The translations under genes and the position numbers were made by a program. DNA of 62,306 bases, the filler included, from Rhabdomonas costata (taxonomy: Eukaryota), in the NCBI GenBank assembly GCA_019059605.1. It is 24 parts of 24 records of this genome, joined end to end, with 100 filler letters (N's around TTAATTAATTAA, not from the genome) between each part and the next. Parts side by side here need not be neighbours in the genome. Positions count along the whole stretch, not along the records: positions 52,014 to 54,512 come from JAHMHO010003137.1; positions 54,613 to 57,110 come from JAHMHO010003138.1; positions 57,211 to 59,708 come from JAHMHO010003139.1; positions 59,809 to 62,306 come from JAHMHO010003140.1; 20 more parts are not named here. One strand, written 5' to 3'. Below are positions 52,378 through 62,306 of the stretch, piece by piece. The first letter of the stretch is position 1. Every line of letters starts with the position of its first letter. The notes beneath the pieces are model-generated. The model was not told where the DNA came from and searched no databases. It worked only from the letters and a program-made list of their open reading frames with translations.

Positions 52378-54399
52378 GATGGCAGGTGTGACCACCTGAG
52401 AGCCGCTGCCGATGCGGGAGATGTCTCGACGATGCGCAGCCTGCTCAAGACGGGTGTGGGGCTCTGTGTGGGGGTGGTGTTTGGAAAACGGGGTCTCTTT
52501 CAAGCAGGATAATAAGGTGTTCTCCATGGTGTTCTCTTGGATTATCTCTGTGATGCGATTGCTGCTTTTGTCTTCCTCTTGCAAAGCAAAACAGTCAGAA
52601 ACTGAGGTGCCACTTTACTGGCTCTTTGAGCCGGATTATCGCCGTAACTTCATAGCGGTACCGCCGCACCTTCACTTCCCCAAACCCCATATGAATCACC
52701 CCCACTTATCGCCGAGCTAGTCAAGCCCGCTGCGCAGAATACGGTGGCCCCTGTTCGCTTCTTTGGGTTCCTTCCTCATGCTGTGGAGTGGAGTTGGTGC
52801 ACGGAAGGGAAGTCTGGAGAACCCTTTTCATGACATCACACGCCCACACCTTGGGATTCCTTGAAGCCACTTCCATGATATTACGGGACTGATTTGCAAT
52901 TGCTAGGCGTCAACGTGAACCAGGACGTCTCCGAAGAAGGCACCACGGCGCTGTGGAGGGCGTCCTATGAGGGGCACTGGGCCATTGCGGAGCTCCTGCT
53001 GCAAGCCGGTGCCTTTGGCTCTGCTGCTATGCTCGAGGGGACCTTTTATGCACCTTTTCGGGGGTTGTGTTCCTCCGCTTTGATGCAGGAGACAAAGTCT
53101 AAGGGGTTGCACGGGGGGGGGGGCTTTAAATGGTTTAAAGGCTCGGCTTCCCGGGAACCCCCTTTTTATGTTTCGCTTTTGGTGCGCATCTTCACGAAGA
53201 CCTCCCAGTTCCCCGACGTTGTTTGGCCCCAGCCGCCCGCTCGGGCCGCCGCAGCTCTGGCCTTCGCAACAAGAATAACTCTTTCCCATTAAGCTACAAT
53301 CTCTTGGGAACCGCTCATCGCCGCCGATATCCCCGCAAAGTTTGCCCTGCAACACACCAGAAATACGGAGGAAAGGCACCGCAAAAACGAAATTCCCCGA
53401 CTCACACCTCACCGTTTAACACCCCCCCCCCTATAAAAATGCATCACAGTGAGTTGTGTGCGCCACACTCACTTCATTCTCAACGCACTGCCTGACATAC
53501 CTCACCTACAGCCCTCGCCTACCCATTGAGATTGAGGTATAGCACCTGAATGCAGAATACTGTCTTTTTGCTTCTTTTTGTGGTCGCCAAGAATGGACTA
53601 GAATTGAGATACGAGTTCCTACACCACTTCATCTCATACAGTGGAGATGGGGCCCAAGTGTTGATGAGATGGGTTTTGGTTTTCATTGCGAATCAGTGAT
53701 GGGTCTGTCTGCCTTTCCTGCAGGTGCGAAGGTGAACTATGCGAGGAGAGATAATGGCATGAGTCCCCTGTACATCGCCGCTGAGATGGGACGCATTGAA
53801 CTTTCCCAGCTTCTCCTTCAAAATGGTGCAGCATGTGTGTGCACACGCCCACAGTTGTGTTGTGTTTCTCTCTGAGCGTGTGTACTGCGTTTGGTTTTTT
53901 CGGTTGTTCACCTGACAAGTCTTTTTTTGTTGTTCCCCTGCTTTGTTTTTGGGGTGTACAGAACAATTATGTGAGTGAATTTCGTTCAGAATTGACGTCT
54001 GCTGGTAGGTGCATGTCATTGTTTATAATGTGAGTCTAGCTTCTTGAAACGGGGGCGGATGACTTTATTTTGTGTGTGGTGTAGTGTGTATTTTTGTTTC
54101 TTATAGGAAAGCTCCTTTTCCTGGCTGAACGTGAGAATGAACCACACAAACAATTGCTTTTGTATGACCACACGGGGTCTACGCAGCCATGTACACCGTG
54201 TCAGACCTTGACAGAAGCAGTCATTTCTCTTCGCCCTGCCCAAGCGGGTCATCGCCCACGCACCGACCTGTGAACTTCGGCATTCTTTGCGGCGCAGGTG
54301 CGAATGTCGACCAGGCTAACACGAACGACGGCTCCACCCCACTGTACGCCGCCTGCGCAGAGGGCGACCTGGAGCTCGCCGAGCTTCTCCTGGCGCAGG
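52378..54399 (+). CDS. Ankyrin-repeat protein, one repeat per exon
   Basis: Exons 52378-52453, 52907-53008, 53724-53825 and 54298-54399 (last three 102 nt, phase 1): GTTALWRASYEGH, GMSPLYIAAEMGR, GSTPLYAACAEGD. Confidence 0.93.
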
Positions 54400-54851
54400 G
54401 TGCGGTCCCGTTTGGGTTTGGGAGAGTTTTCTGACATTTGTGAGCGGGTCATCTTATCACTTGCTCGTTAGTGGCTGAATCGGGACTCGCGCTCCCTACC
54501 CCCCCCCCCCCCNNNNNNNNNNNNNNNNNNNNNNNNNNNNNNNNNNNNNNNNNNNNTTAATTAATTAANNNNNNNNNNNNNNNNNNNNNNNNNNNNNNNN
54601 NNNNNNNNNNNNGGGTTGGGTGTCTGTGGGCCGCTCTGCCTGCCCCGTTTTGGTCGCGTAAGTTTTGGGGAAGGCGAGTCCCCTTCACAAACAACATAGG
54701 CATAGGTCAAATAACGACACGGTGATGTTCTATAAATATACTTGCGCGACAAGCGTGTGCACCGGCCACCGCGCTTGAGAATAAAACCGCAGTGAACTGT
54801 ACATGGGATGCAAAGAGATGGGGGTAAGGGAGACACTGATACGCTTTAGGC

Positions 54852-57110
54852 TCAGCATACGGGGGGCACGCTGCGCACCCCCTCCGCGCTGTGCATCGCG
54901 GCCAAGCCATTCAGAGAGGCCGCCTCCGCCGCATGGGCAGCTAAGCCGGGCTGAGCCCGGGCAATCCTCAGAGACTCCTCGTACAAAGGCTCCGCGGCGG
55001 TGAACCTGCCCTGAGCCTTGTACAGGGTGGCCAAGCCGCTCAAGCTCAGCGCCACGTCAGGGTGCCCGTCTCCGAGGCGCAGCCTCCGAATCCGCAGAGC
55101 CTCGACATACAGGGGCTCTGCGGCCGCATACTTCCCCAGAGATTTGTACAGCCCAGCCAAGCTGGTCAGAGTAGCGACAAGAGCAAGGTGATCACCACCC
55201 AGCGTTTCCCTCTGGATCCCCAGGCTTTCCTCCAGCAAGGGCTCCGCAGCAGAGGGCTTGCCTTGAGCTCGGTATAGGGCTGCGAGGCGGCTGAGAGCGA
55301 TGGCCACCTCAGGATGGGTGCTTCCCTGAAGTTGCTGGCGGATTTTCAAGGACTCTCCCAGCAGCGGCTCCGCAAGCGCGTACTTACGCCAGGCCTGGTA
55401 AAGACCTGCAAGGCAGGCCAGGCTCTTCGCCACATCAAGCGATTCCGCCCCGAAATGCTGCTTCCGGATTTTCAGGGATTCTTCGAACAGCGGCTGCGCG
55501 GCTGTAAACCTGCGCAACGCCTGGTAGAGCAGCGCGAGATTGTTGAGGCTGTTTGCGACCTCGGGGTGCTCGTTACCCAGGCGCTGTTTGCGGATCTTCA
55601 GGGACTCTCGGTACAGTGGCTCAGCAACGTCGAGCTTGCCCTGGGAATGGTATACCATCGCGAGGCCGTGCAAACATGTGGCCACGGTGTCGTGATCATT
55701 GCCAAGCTGTACTTTCAGCTTCTCGAGGGAATCCAAGTACAGCAGCTCTGCCTCAGAATGCCGTCCCTCCTTCTGAAGCAACCGCGCAAGAGCACCCTTC
55801 GCCATCCCTACAGAAGCGTGCGTAGGGCCAAAGAGGCGCTCATCCGACGTCAATCGATTCCTGAAGATTTGCTCCACCTCACCAAGGCCGCCGTCGTCAC
55901 TCAAGAAGTCATCGGCGATGCTCCAAAACTCGTCTGTCGCATCCATCTCAATGACAAGCACCGGCTGCTCGCCGACCTCGATGGCAGGGCGCAACCCCAA
56001 TTCTTCACGCAGCTGTGATATGCTCACTCGTTTCATGCTCTTCAGTCTAAACTGCTGCCCGGTGGGGAAAAGCACTTCTTCCTCCTCGGAATACATCGAC
56101 AGATCTGAAAGTTTTGCGGCACAACAACGAGGATTCGAAGGATCTCCAGCGTGCAAAACAAAGAAAGCATTGCTGTACTTCTGTTCAAGTTGGGCTACGG
56201 CTTTCTCCGCAGACATGGTGCAAACCACGAATCCTTCAGAAAAGACTGCATTCTGGTGAACAGCATCGTTGGTAGCGTACTTTTTCAAGAGGTCAAGGCT
56301 GGGTGTACCAGCGGCATAGCATACCCCAGTGTGGGGTGCACGCTCCGTCAAACGTATCACTGCACTGTGCAACAACCAGACAAAGGGCCCCACAGGAGCC
56401 TCGGAAGAGACCTCAAGGGCACCCAAAGTGGCATTCACGCAGTGATACAGGAAGGACTCCATCGCGTACAGCTGCAGTGCCAAGTCGAAAAGCTCATCGT
56501 CGTTTGCTCGCAGGTAAACTTCTCGGAGGCGATGCGCGACTTGCTCCGGAGTTGGGTGCCGCGACCGAAATTCATTTTGCTCCTGAAGAAGCTGCTCTCG
56601 AAGCTCAAGCCAAGCTGTATATGCCAGATTTTCCCTGAGAAAGGCAGATCCTTCCTGGTGCACACCACCGCACAGAATCTCCACCGAAATTTTCGCCCTA
56701 TTAAAGTTGACGTGACGATCCCAAGAAAAGGGGCTGATCGCAATGGAGCGGGCAACACCACGGGAATAGAGCCTAAGATTGGCAACCCCACTACCTCGGA
56801 CCGCGGCGCCTTCTTCCATCGCAGATTCGGCCCCAACAAATGCTACCATCACTCGAAGGCACTCGGGGTGCTTCAGGGAATTCGCCTTGCAAATGTCCAG
56901 CGGGCTGTCACCCGCTGTATTCCTGAGCTTCTTCACGTCAACAACTCGCTGGCGATAGTGCGCGAGAAGCCAGGCTAATGCCCTATGACGGCCCCATTCC
57001 GCAGCAATATGAATGGGCTGACACCCCGTCGAAGGCTCTGCCCAGTTCAGGCAACCTTCTCCGCACCACTCAAACACCACGGACATCACCGACAGATGTC
57101 CCCAACACCC
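54852..57110 (-). CDS. Ankyrin - ADP-ribosyltransferase (ARTC-like) - TPR (42-aa, kinesin-light-chain type) protein, 5'-truncated, intronless
   Basis: Open frame of about 750 aa running to the contig edge. ANK: QPIHIAAEWGR, GDSPLDIC. ART-like ~56492-55941: LYAMESFLYHCVNATL, CYAAG, GFVVCT, LSDLSMYSEEEEVLFPTGQQF. Seven 42-aa repeats from 55820: HPEVANSLNNLALLY..AEPLYEESLKIR. Confidence 0.9.
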   Translation of the reverse strand, partial: GCWGHLSVMSVVFEWCGEGCLNWAEPSTGCQPIHIAAEWGRHRALAWLLAHYRQRVVDVKKLRNTAGDSPLDICKANSLKHPECLRVMVAFVGAESAMEEGAAVRGSGVANLRLYSRGVARSIAISPFSWDRHVNFNRAKISVEILCGGVHQEGSAFLRENLAYTAWLELREQLLQEQNEFRSRHPTPEQVAHRLREVYLRANDDELFDLALQLYAMESFLYHCVNATLGALEVSSEAPVGPFVWLLHSAVIRLTERAPHTGVCYAAGTPSLDLLKKYATNDAVHQNAVFSEGFVVCTMSAEKAVAQLEQKYSNAFFVLHAGDPSNPRCCAAKLSDLSMYSEEEEVLFPTGQQFRLKSMKRVSISQLREELGLRPAIEVGEQPVLVIEMDATDEFWSIADDFLSDDGGLGEVEQIFRNRLTSDERLFGPTHASVGMAKGALARLLQKEGRHSEAELLYLDSLEKLKVQLGNDHDTVATCLHGLAMVYHSQGKLDVAEPLYRESLKIRKQRLGNEHPEVANSLNNLALLYQALRRFTAAQPLFEESLKIRKQHFGAESLDVAKSLACLAGLYQAWRKYALAEPLLGESLKIRQQLQGSTHPEVAIALSRLAALYRAQGKPSAAEPLLEESLGIQRETLGGDHLALVATLTSLAGLYKSLGKYAAAEPLYVEALRIRRLRLGDGHPDVALSLSGLATLYKAQGRFTAAEPLYEESLRIARAQPGLAAHAAEAASLNGLAAMHSAEGVRSVPPVC

Positions 57111-57211
57111 NNNNNNNNNNNNNNNNNNNNNNNNNNNNNNNNNNNNNNNNNNNNTTAATTAATTAANNNNNNNNNNNNNNNNNNNNNNNNNNNNNNNNNN
57201 NNNNNNNNNNT

Positions 57212-59287
57212 GTGGTGTGGCCGGCGTTCAGTAGCACCACCATGGACGCGAAGGTGGCAAAAGACTTCCTGAAGGGCAAGGAGGGCCAGGCCGCCCGAGG
57301 GACGCTGTTTATGGTGAACACGCTGAAGGGTGGGCGGACCCGGGCCCGGGCGATCAGCAGGCTGTCTGCCTTTGGGAAGGAGCAGGTCCGCTTTACTTTC
57401 GCAGTCTTTTTCCTCTTCGTTGGCATTTGACATTTGGCATTGATGACCGCGGCTATGGCTTTTCGAATGAAATCTCCGTGCGCCTGCCCATCCGTGTCCT
57501 CGCTTTTCAACCGTGGAAATTTTGCACACGGCGTTGCTTTCTCACTTTTCTGTTGTGCAGGAAGTGCTATTTCGCTGCGACACTTGGTTTAAAGTGTCGC
57601 AGCGGTTGGGTCCTGCGGGCAAGAAATTCCTGGAGAGCCAGCTGGGCCGCTCCCTTGACAGTGTCGAGGTGTGTGTTTAGGCAGCACGGCATCTTGTCGG
57701 CATTGCCGCTGCACCCCTCCACTCCTCGCGCGGTGTGTTCGGTCTTACTTGCTTCCTGTGCTTTCGTTCGGCGACGTTCTGCTCCTTTGCACTCTCCTGC
57801 TCGCCGGCAAAATCCCATTCGCCCAGAATATCTTTTCAGCCTTCAAACAAACACAAAGCGAGCAAGCAGACACCACTGTCTGTAAGTCAGTCTAAGAAGA
57901 TAACCCCTGCACCACTGGAAATACACAAAAAAGGTCTTTGAGCTAGTGGAGGTGACGGAGGAGGAGGCCAGGGCGGCCACGGTGAAGGATGAGGCCCTGC
58001 GGACGGTGAACGCGCTGCGGGTGCTGCAGGCCATGCAGAGAGGCATCCCAAAGGAGGCGCTGAGCCTGCTGCTGCTGGAGGAGCCGTGCGACGTGGACCT
58101 GCGGGACGAGAGCGGCGACCCTATGCTGTCTGTGGCGGTGCGGAAGGGCTACTCTGAGGTCTTCCAGAAGCTGGTAGAGCGCGGTGCGGACATCCACGCG
58201 AAGGGCGAGCACGGGCGGACGGCATTGCACTGGGCTGTGGTGGAGGGCCATGCCGAGGCTTTGGAGACGCTTCTGCTGTGCAACGCAGACCCCAACTTGC
58301 AGGTGCGGCTTTTTTTCTTGCGGGTTTGCGGGTTACAGTCAGTCCGTACGACGTGGCAGGGCAAAGGACATAACGCAACGCGTGAGTGGTTTCCTGTCCT
58401 ACGCCCACAGGAGGGAGCGGCGAAATGAGCAAGCAAAATAGTTCTCACGGAAGTCAGCAGAGAAACAGAGTCAAGAAAGCCCAAAAAACAGAAAAAGCAT
58501 TCTTGCGGCTGGAACTAGTGCCGATTCAAGGCGCACCATCCTAAGAAGAAGGGGGACGAAGCTTCCCGGGATGGGCTTCTCACGGCGAAGGCCAACCCGA
58601 ACCTGCAAGTCTGTATTGTCCTGTTTCTTGCCGCGGGGCTGATTTCGGATTACACCAGTTGCCTGGTGAGCATTCAGAAACAGTCCTCGTCACCATCCTG
58701 CATCCCAACTGCATGGATGCGCCCCTTGAGCACGGCACCACCTTAGGTCCGCCTACAGCCATGGTCGTAATATATTCTCGCGTGCAAGACTCCCTGTGTT
58801 GCACCTTTTCCCCCTCGGGCCTTTGTGGACTGCTTCCTTGGGCAGCTTTTCTTCCCCCTACTTTCTTTTTCTGTCCTTTTCGCTCCGCAGGACTCCGCGG
58901 GGAAGACCGCGCTGCACTGCGCCGTGGAGAAGGGAGACGGGGCTGCACTACTCAGGGCGAAGGCCAACCCAAACTTGCAAGTCTGTGCTTTCGATATGTC
59001 TCTTTTCCTGTGCTATGGAATATCAGACTCGCTTCACACACTTTCCGGGGAGCTGCTTTCACCGAATCTCACTCATACGTGACCATTGTCCAAGTCAAAA
59101 TGGACGCTTGCACAGCGTTTCAGGTGCCCGGCTGCGCCAATCTCTGTGAGTTAATGTTAGGCCATTGTCGCGTGCGCTCACGTTTTGGCCATAGGATTCG
59201 CACGGGTGCACCGCGGTGCACTACGCCGCGAAGGCTGCGAACGTGGAGGCCATCACTGCTCTGCAGGGCGCCGGTGCCAGCCTGAGT
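57212..59287 (+). CDS. ADP-ribosyltransferase (ARTC/R-S-E clade) domain followed by ankyrin repeats; spliced, truncated at both ends
   Basis: Exons 57212-57385, 57561-57668, 57934-58302, (~58531-58608), 58891-58980 and 59195-59287, all phase 0: VWPAFSSTTMDAKVAKDF..GTLFMVN..RAISRLSAFGKEQ|EVLFRCDTWFKV..LDSVE|VFELVEV.., then ANK repeats GDPMLSVAVRKG, GRTALHWAVVEGH, GKTALHCAVEKG, GCTAVHYAAKAA. Confidence 0.88.
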
Positions 59288-59588
59288 GTATGCGCACTGC
59301 GTATCTGTGTGGTTCAGTAGTGGGAGGCAGCAGATTGCGTTTCCGCCCGCATTTGGCCTCGTGGCGGAAAGCAGCTGCGCCCTTTGGCCATTGGGATGGC
59401 CAATTCTATGTCACAGCTCGTGCATTGGTGCCAACACACCCATTTGGCAAAGTTGCTTTCTGGAAACCCCATTGGGCAAAAGGAAGACGCCAAAAGGGGA
59501 GTGCAAAAAGCGATACTTACGGGGGCCACACTTTCATGAACCCCCCAGCCCGCCATATCACCAGATCGTTGATTATTGATCCTTGTCA

Positions 59589-59702
59589 TGGGACGTTCTC
59601 TAACATTCTCACCGGCTCTCTCCATAGGACTGTGCCGAGCGCCAGGTGGCGCTCGGCACAGTCCTATGGAGAGAGCCGGTGAGAATGTTAGAGAACGTCC
59701 CA
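59589..59702. repeat. Perfect 56-bp inverted repeat with 2-nt loop at contig end (probable fold-back artefact)
   Basis: 59589-59644 is the exact reverse complement of 59647-59702. Confidence 0.95.
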
Positions 59703-59808
59703 CAACACNNNNNNNNNNNNNNNNNNNNNNNNNNNNNNNNNNNNNNNNNNNNTTAATTAATTAANNNNNNNNNNNNNNNNNNNNNNNNNNNNNNNNNNNN
59801 NNNNNNNN

Positions 59809-60637
59809 CCCAGTCGGGGAACAGAAACCCGACATTTGGGGTGCACGAATGTCGCAGATGCCGAAGGGGAGTTCCCACGGTGTTGAAGTACTCATGAGCG
59901 GCCTTGGTGATCCCCTCGGGGGCGTTTGAGACAACCACAGGAAACCCTTGCAGACGCACTAGAACCGTTCCCTTGGCAATGAACATTTTCGCGTAGAGCC
60001 CCAAGGAAGACGAACCACTACTGTATCGCAAACGAGAAGGAGGGCGTTGAAAAAAAAGCAATGTTCCGATCTATGGGACCTACACTTAAAACAATGGGTA
60101 CACAAATGGACGCATGAGTAGAAGTAACCCACCACCTTATTGCCGCTCAGCTTGCAATATGAAAAGCACTAGGGTGTGGTGAAACGTGTGGTGTGATAAG
60201 GTTTGGTCTGCAGCATCACACAAATAATAGCAGGAAGGAGAGTGGGCAGGAATGGACGGCATGGGAACGCCAAGAGGGTTAACAGACCATAATAATAGTC
60301 CAAAGGTCACTTGGGTCAGCGAAAAAGGAAAGGACAGAAAAAGAGGCCACAAGGAGATACGCGTTGGGTAGCACAGTGGCAGAAGGTGGGGACTTCACCG
60401 TAGCCTTCTCCGTAACCTTATCGGAGTTCGGGTGCTCTACCACAATTGTGTACTGGTCTAGCTGAGCACAGGAGGGCTTCGAGCGCCGGATGGCTGCATC
60501 CTGACGCTTTTGCGGGCTCAGGAACTGCAAAAAGGCCGCAGCGTGGGCTGCCGAGCCCGGGGACTCCGCAGATAAAGACCGGGTACGGTTGGGTGCGTTT
60601 GCAGAAGCCATCAGTAATTTTTTTCCGGCTGAAGAGC
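59809..60637 (-). CDS. SET-domain protein fragment (further upstream exons likely to ~62250)
   Basis: Exon 60637-60361 splices in phase 2 to 60020-59809: LGLYAKMFIAKGTVL..PLRHLRHSCTPNV, matching SET motifs GLFAxxxIxKG and RxxNHSCxPN. Confidence 0.75.
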
Positions 60638-62306
60638 CTGTAAGGAGAGAATATCCACGTGAAGCATAAAACCCCTGAAAAACTTCCGTAGAATGATTTG
60701 GGTTCATCGCAACAGTTGGGATACAGAAGGGTCCTCAACCGCAAGTGGGTTTGCAGACAGTTTCTTGGGATAGAAAGGAATTAAAGAGACACAGGAATCC
60801 CTTGCCCAATGTTTCCCTCTTTAACATGGTACACGTCTACTTCTAAGGCATCGCTTTCAGCTCTGTTTTCCTTCCCATTGCATTCGCCCTCAAAACCTTG
60901 TCTCCATTCCTCCGGAACAGGCGCAAAAGGGATAATAAAGAGCCGCCAGAAGCACCACAACCGGCCGAGGGTGAAAGATCAGAAAATTCAAATTCTTACC
61001 CCCAAGACCGGCCAGCAGCGTATGCAAACGACCCCAGACATGTTTCGGCTTCGCCCTCATACTATTGTCCCATTGTTTCCATTCGCCTGTTTCTTTTCAG
61101 CAGAACAAAGACAGATGAAAACCAGAAGCTGATTCACTAGAGTCAAAATGCTGTAGCGGACGCACAAGGTGCTACAAAAGAGTACTGCAGTCTTCCACCA
61201 CTTTGACATGGATAGCCTCACTCAGACCCCCGTACACATCCCAGCGTCCCCCATGCACGTCCAACAGTGAAACGACGACGACCACCCTGCGGTCCCCCGC
61301 GGTCTCAAACAGCAGCGAAAACGTGGCGCGGAAGATGCCTTGCGTTATAGAAACCTGTGCGACAGAGAGTCGTTACTCAATAAAAGGGAGGAAGAAAAAA
61401 GGCGGCATTTCTTATTTTGAGGTTTTGTTGAAAGACAAACGCAATACTGGCGCTGTCCATGCAATTCAAAAATGACCACTGACGCAATGATACCGACGCA
61501 CTCCCAATTCCACCACCCTCCCTTCCATCGCTGCATCGCTCCAGAAAAGCAAAGGTACAGCCACACTTTGAAAAGAAGAAAGAAAGTGTGAGCCAACCTT
61601 CTGCCTAACCGGAAACGGTTCCTCAAACGCGGGTATTCCGCCCGCCGCACCCGCCGCAGAAGTAGCCGAGCTTCGTAAGACAGCACCAGCTTCCACAATC
61701 ACTGCTTGGACTGGCCTCCGGGGCTGATAAATTAAAAAGTGAGCTTACCTGACAAGGAGCTCTAGAACGGGAGGCAGCATTAGGGTGGGATCATAGGCAT
61801 TCCTGTTCAGCGGGAAAAATCAGTGCGACAGGAAGGCACTCACAGATACAGTTATCAAAGAAGCGAACGGTGGAACAAGCCCCGGTAAAGCGGCGTGTTT
61901 GTGGCCCTGGCACTACGATGACTCAATAAAGTAGTAACCTGCGCCCTCTACACAAAGCCAGCAGCACCAACAAACGAGCAAAAGAGAAACATGCAACACA
62001 ACCACACGCAAACACCACACCCTGAGGGTGCTGTGCCGCACCAGTCCCTCGACGACCAGCCCCAGCCCGGTGCCCACCGCGACCCTCACGTCGCATCGGC
62101 AACGAGGACTTCCCTCGGGCTCCCCCGAAGGGAAGGCCTGCGGGAGGGGCAGCGTCACAAACACGGAAACCGAGGTCTCCAAGCGCAGCTGGAGCAGCTG
62201 CGCAGGCACAGGCAGGACTCCAGGGAGCCCCAGCCGGCGGTCATCAGCCGATGAGGGGCAGGCACCACCACTCCATGACTGCGTACCCCCACCTCCCCAC
62301 ACCACC

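Noticed and set aside
52378..59287. ANK, ANK-ART-TPR and ART-ANK genes as a physical defence island
   Set aside because: These are three separate contigs. Only the family-level inference is retained.

Overview
This window is not one locus. It is 24 unrelated ~2.5-kb contigs joined by 100-nt N/TTAATTAATTAA linkers, so adjacency across linkers means nothing. The DNA comes from an intron-rich eukaryote with GC-rich exons, probably a flagellated protist (centrin is present; the lineage cannot be fixed from sequence alone). Most contig ends carry G/T-only (5') and A/C-only (3') runs, and two ends are fold-back hairpins, which points to degenerate-primer whole-genome amplification. I spliced the exons by hand and recovered fragments of: a PDR/ABCG transporter, a permuted NlpC/P60 protein, a STELLO-like glycosyltransferase, centrin, Pin1, PIG-M, two Cache-like receptors, a MYND finger, an Erv/ALR oxidase, glyoxalase II, PAN2, CAF1, a DUF229 protein, an ankyrin protein, a SET protein, several unknown genes and two decayed retroelement-like remnants. 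The most interesting signal is two independent toxin-type (R-S-E/ARTC clade) ADP-ribosyltransferase domains fused to repeat modules. One is an intron-hidden ART-ankyrin gene with intact S-T-T and E-x-E motifs. The other is an intronless ankyrin-ART-TPR ORF whose R and STS motifs are degenerate. Together they suggest a modular sensor-effector family. Splice sites are also relaxed: AAG/GAG acceptors, GC donors and an apparent GA donor in centrin.
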